A stretch of DNA of 63,926 bases, counting the filler, from Octopus bimaculoides (taxonomy: Eukaryota): assembly GCF_001194135.2 (NCBI RefSeq). It is 8 parts of 8 records of this genome, joined end to end, with 100 filler letters (N's around TTAATTAATTAA, not from the genome) between each part and the next. Parts side by side here need not be neighbours in the genome. Positions count along the whole stretch, not along the records: positions 61,823 to 63,926 come from NW_026301397.1; 7 more parts are not named here. One strand, 5' to 3'. Positions 62,214 to 63,926 of this stretch are shown one piece after another (the stretch's first letter is position 1; the number at the start of each line of letters is the position of its first letter). The notes beneath the pieces are model-generated. The model was not told the origin of the DNA. It ran no database searches and saw nothing but the letters and a program-made list of their open reading frames with translations. The position numbers and the translations under genes were made by a program.

Positions 62214-63220
62214 NNNNNNNNNNNNNNNNNNNNNNNNNNNNNNNNNNNNNNNNNNNNNNNNNNNNNNNNNNNNNNNNNNNNNNNNNNNNNNNNNNNNNNN
62301 NNNNNNNNNNNNNNNNNNNNNNNNNNNNNNNNNNNNNNNNNNNNNNNNNNNNNNNNNNNNNNNNNNNNNNNNNNNNNNNNNNNNNNNNNNNNNNNNNNNN
62401 NNNNNNNNNNNNNNNNNNNNNNNNNNNNNNNNNNNNNNNNNNNNNNNNNNNNNNNNNNNNNNNNNNNNNNNNNNNNNNNNNNNNNNNNNNNNNNNNNNNN
62501 NNNNNNNNNNNNNNNNNNNNNNNNNNNNNNNNNNNNNNNNNNNNNNNNNNNNNNNNNNNNNNNNNNNNNNNNNNNNNNNNNNNNNNNNNNNNNNNNNNNN
62601 NNNNNNNNNNNNNNNNNNNNNNNNNNNNNNNNNNNNNNNNNNNNNNNNNNNNNNNNNNNNNNNNNNNNNNNNNNNNNNNNNNNNNNNNNNNNNNNNNNNN
62701 NNNNNNNNNNNNNNNNNNNNNNNNNNNNNNNNNNNNNNNNNNNNNNNNNNNNNNNNNNNNNNNNNNNNNNNNNNNNNNNNNNNNNNNNNNNNNNNNNNNN
62801 NNNNNNNNNNNNNNNNNNNNNNNNNNNNNNNNNNNNNNNNNNNNNNNNNNNNNNNNNNNNNNNNNNNNNNNNNNNNNNNNNNNNNNNNNNNNNNNNNNNN
62901 NNNNNNNNNNNNNNNNNNNNNNNNNNNNNNNNNNNNNNNNNNNNNNNNNNGTATGTGTGAGTGTGTGTATACACACACACACTCACGTACACAGCCCTGA
63001 GACAATAGCTTATCAAATATTCAATAGACATAGATTCAATTTTATATTCTAACAACAAAAATTAATTTGTTTCACAATAATGAGTACTTCTCATGTGAAA
63101 TATCTATCAACAGCTAAAATGAAGATCAAGAAGGAGATCTGTAAATATTTATAGGATATTTACTGTACTTCACGGAACTTCCAAAACAACTGAAGAATTT
63201 CAAAGAAATTCCTGTTATGT

Positions 63221-63282
63221 AATAAAGTATATTCAGTTTGTAGGTAGAATAAAGTATATTCAGTTTGTAGGTAGAATAAAGT
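63221..63282. repeat. 27-bp tandem duplication
   Basis: aataaagtatattcagtttgtaggtag twice plus a partial third copy. Confidence 0.9.
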
Positions 63283-63311
63283 TAGGTAAATGGGTTTGTT
63301 TTAGTGATGAA

Positions 63312-63375
<64 letters not shown>

Positions 63376-63926
63376 GTAATAATAACAACAGGCAAAATAA
63401 TAAAAAAATAGAGAGAGTGAAGCAATGTAAAACGACAATATATCTACTGTGGTTTTTCCCAGCTCTTTATATATATATTGATATATGCATATATATTTTT
63501 AAGTTTATAAAGAAAAGAAGAAAGGAAAAAAGAATACAACAGAGAAATTACAGAGAGAATATGATAGAGAAGAGGAAAAAGAAAGAGAGAGAAAATATAG
63601 GTGAAGCAGAGAAGAAGCAACTTAACAATATAGACATAATAAAATCAATAAAATCTACCCGAAGGCAGATTGAGACAGCTTTTGATCAGTATTGCCTTGC
63701 TTGTCTCCATTCTTCTTTGCAGCCAAACAGTGGTGCATGGCTCACTTCAATGTCCTCCACACCAATTTGTACCCTTCTTGATGATAAGTGCACTCATTTC
63801 ATTGTGGTGGTGGTAGTTGATGAATTCAGTCTCAATATGTTTGAACATCAAACTGGTTGGGAAACATTGAATGAATTTGTTACAAACCATTGGTTGTGTG
63901 TGTGGGTGCCCCAGGGGACTGGCAAA

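Overview
AT-rich, microsatellite-dense animal genomic DNA. The repeat landscape suggests a cephalopod, probably Octopus (inference). It is not one contiguous molecule: seven 100-bp joins (44 N + TTAATTAATTAA + 44 N) split it into eight pieces, and many other N gaps occur. The only securely identified gene is YIPF4 (five coding exons, 1573-6226, + strand; first exon upstream of the window). Isolated candidate exons are an actin-like first exon (42710-42823), a terminal exon ending in a DAXX-like SUMO-interacting motif (44899-45074), a cadherin-like exon (9096-9262, -), a signal-peptide-like first exon (27820-27890) and a short open exon (8560-8624). The rest is mostly mobile DNA: a decayed hAT/Buster transposon, a mariner remnant, Penelope-like (PLE) RT and GIY-YIG fragments, R4/Dong, RTE and CR1/Jockey-type LINE fragments, several tRNA-derived SINE families and foldback elements. 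The most interesting signals are minimal hammerhead-ribozyme folds. One has a covarying U3-A8 core and sits inside a 306-bp structured element bounded by perfect 15-bp inverted repeats (40697-41002). Another is part of a head-to-head tRNA-promoter/(AAT)n/hammerhead cassette joined to a PLE GIY-YIG fragment (43788-44430). No CRISPR array, rRNA or bona fide tRNA gene was found. All alignments and folds were done by eye.
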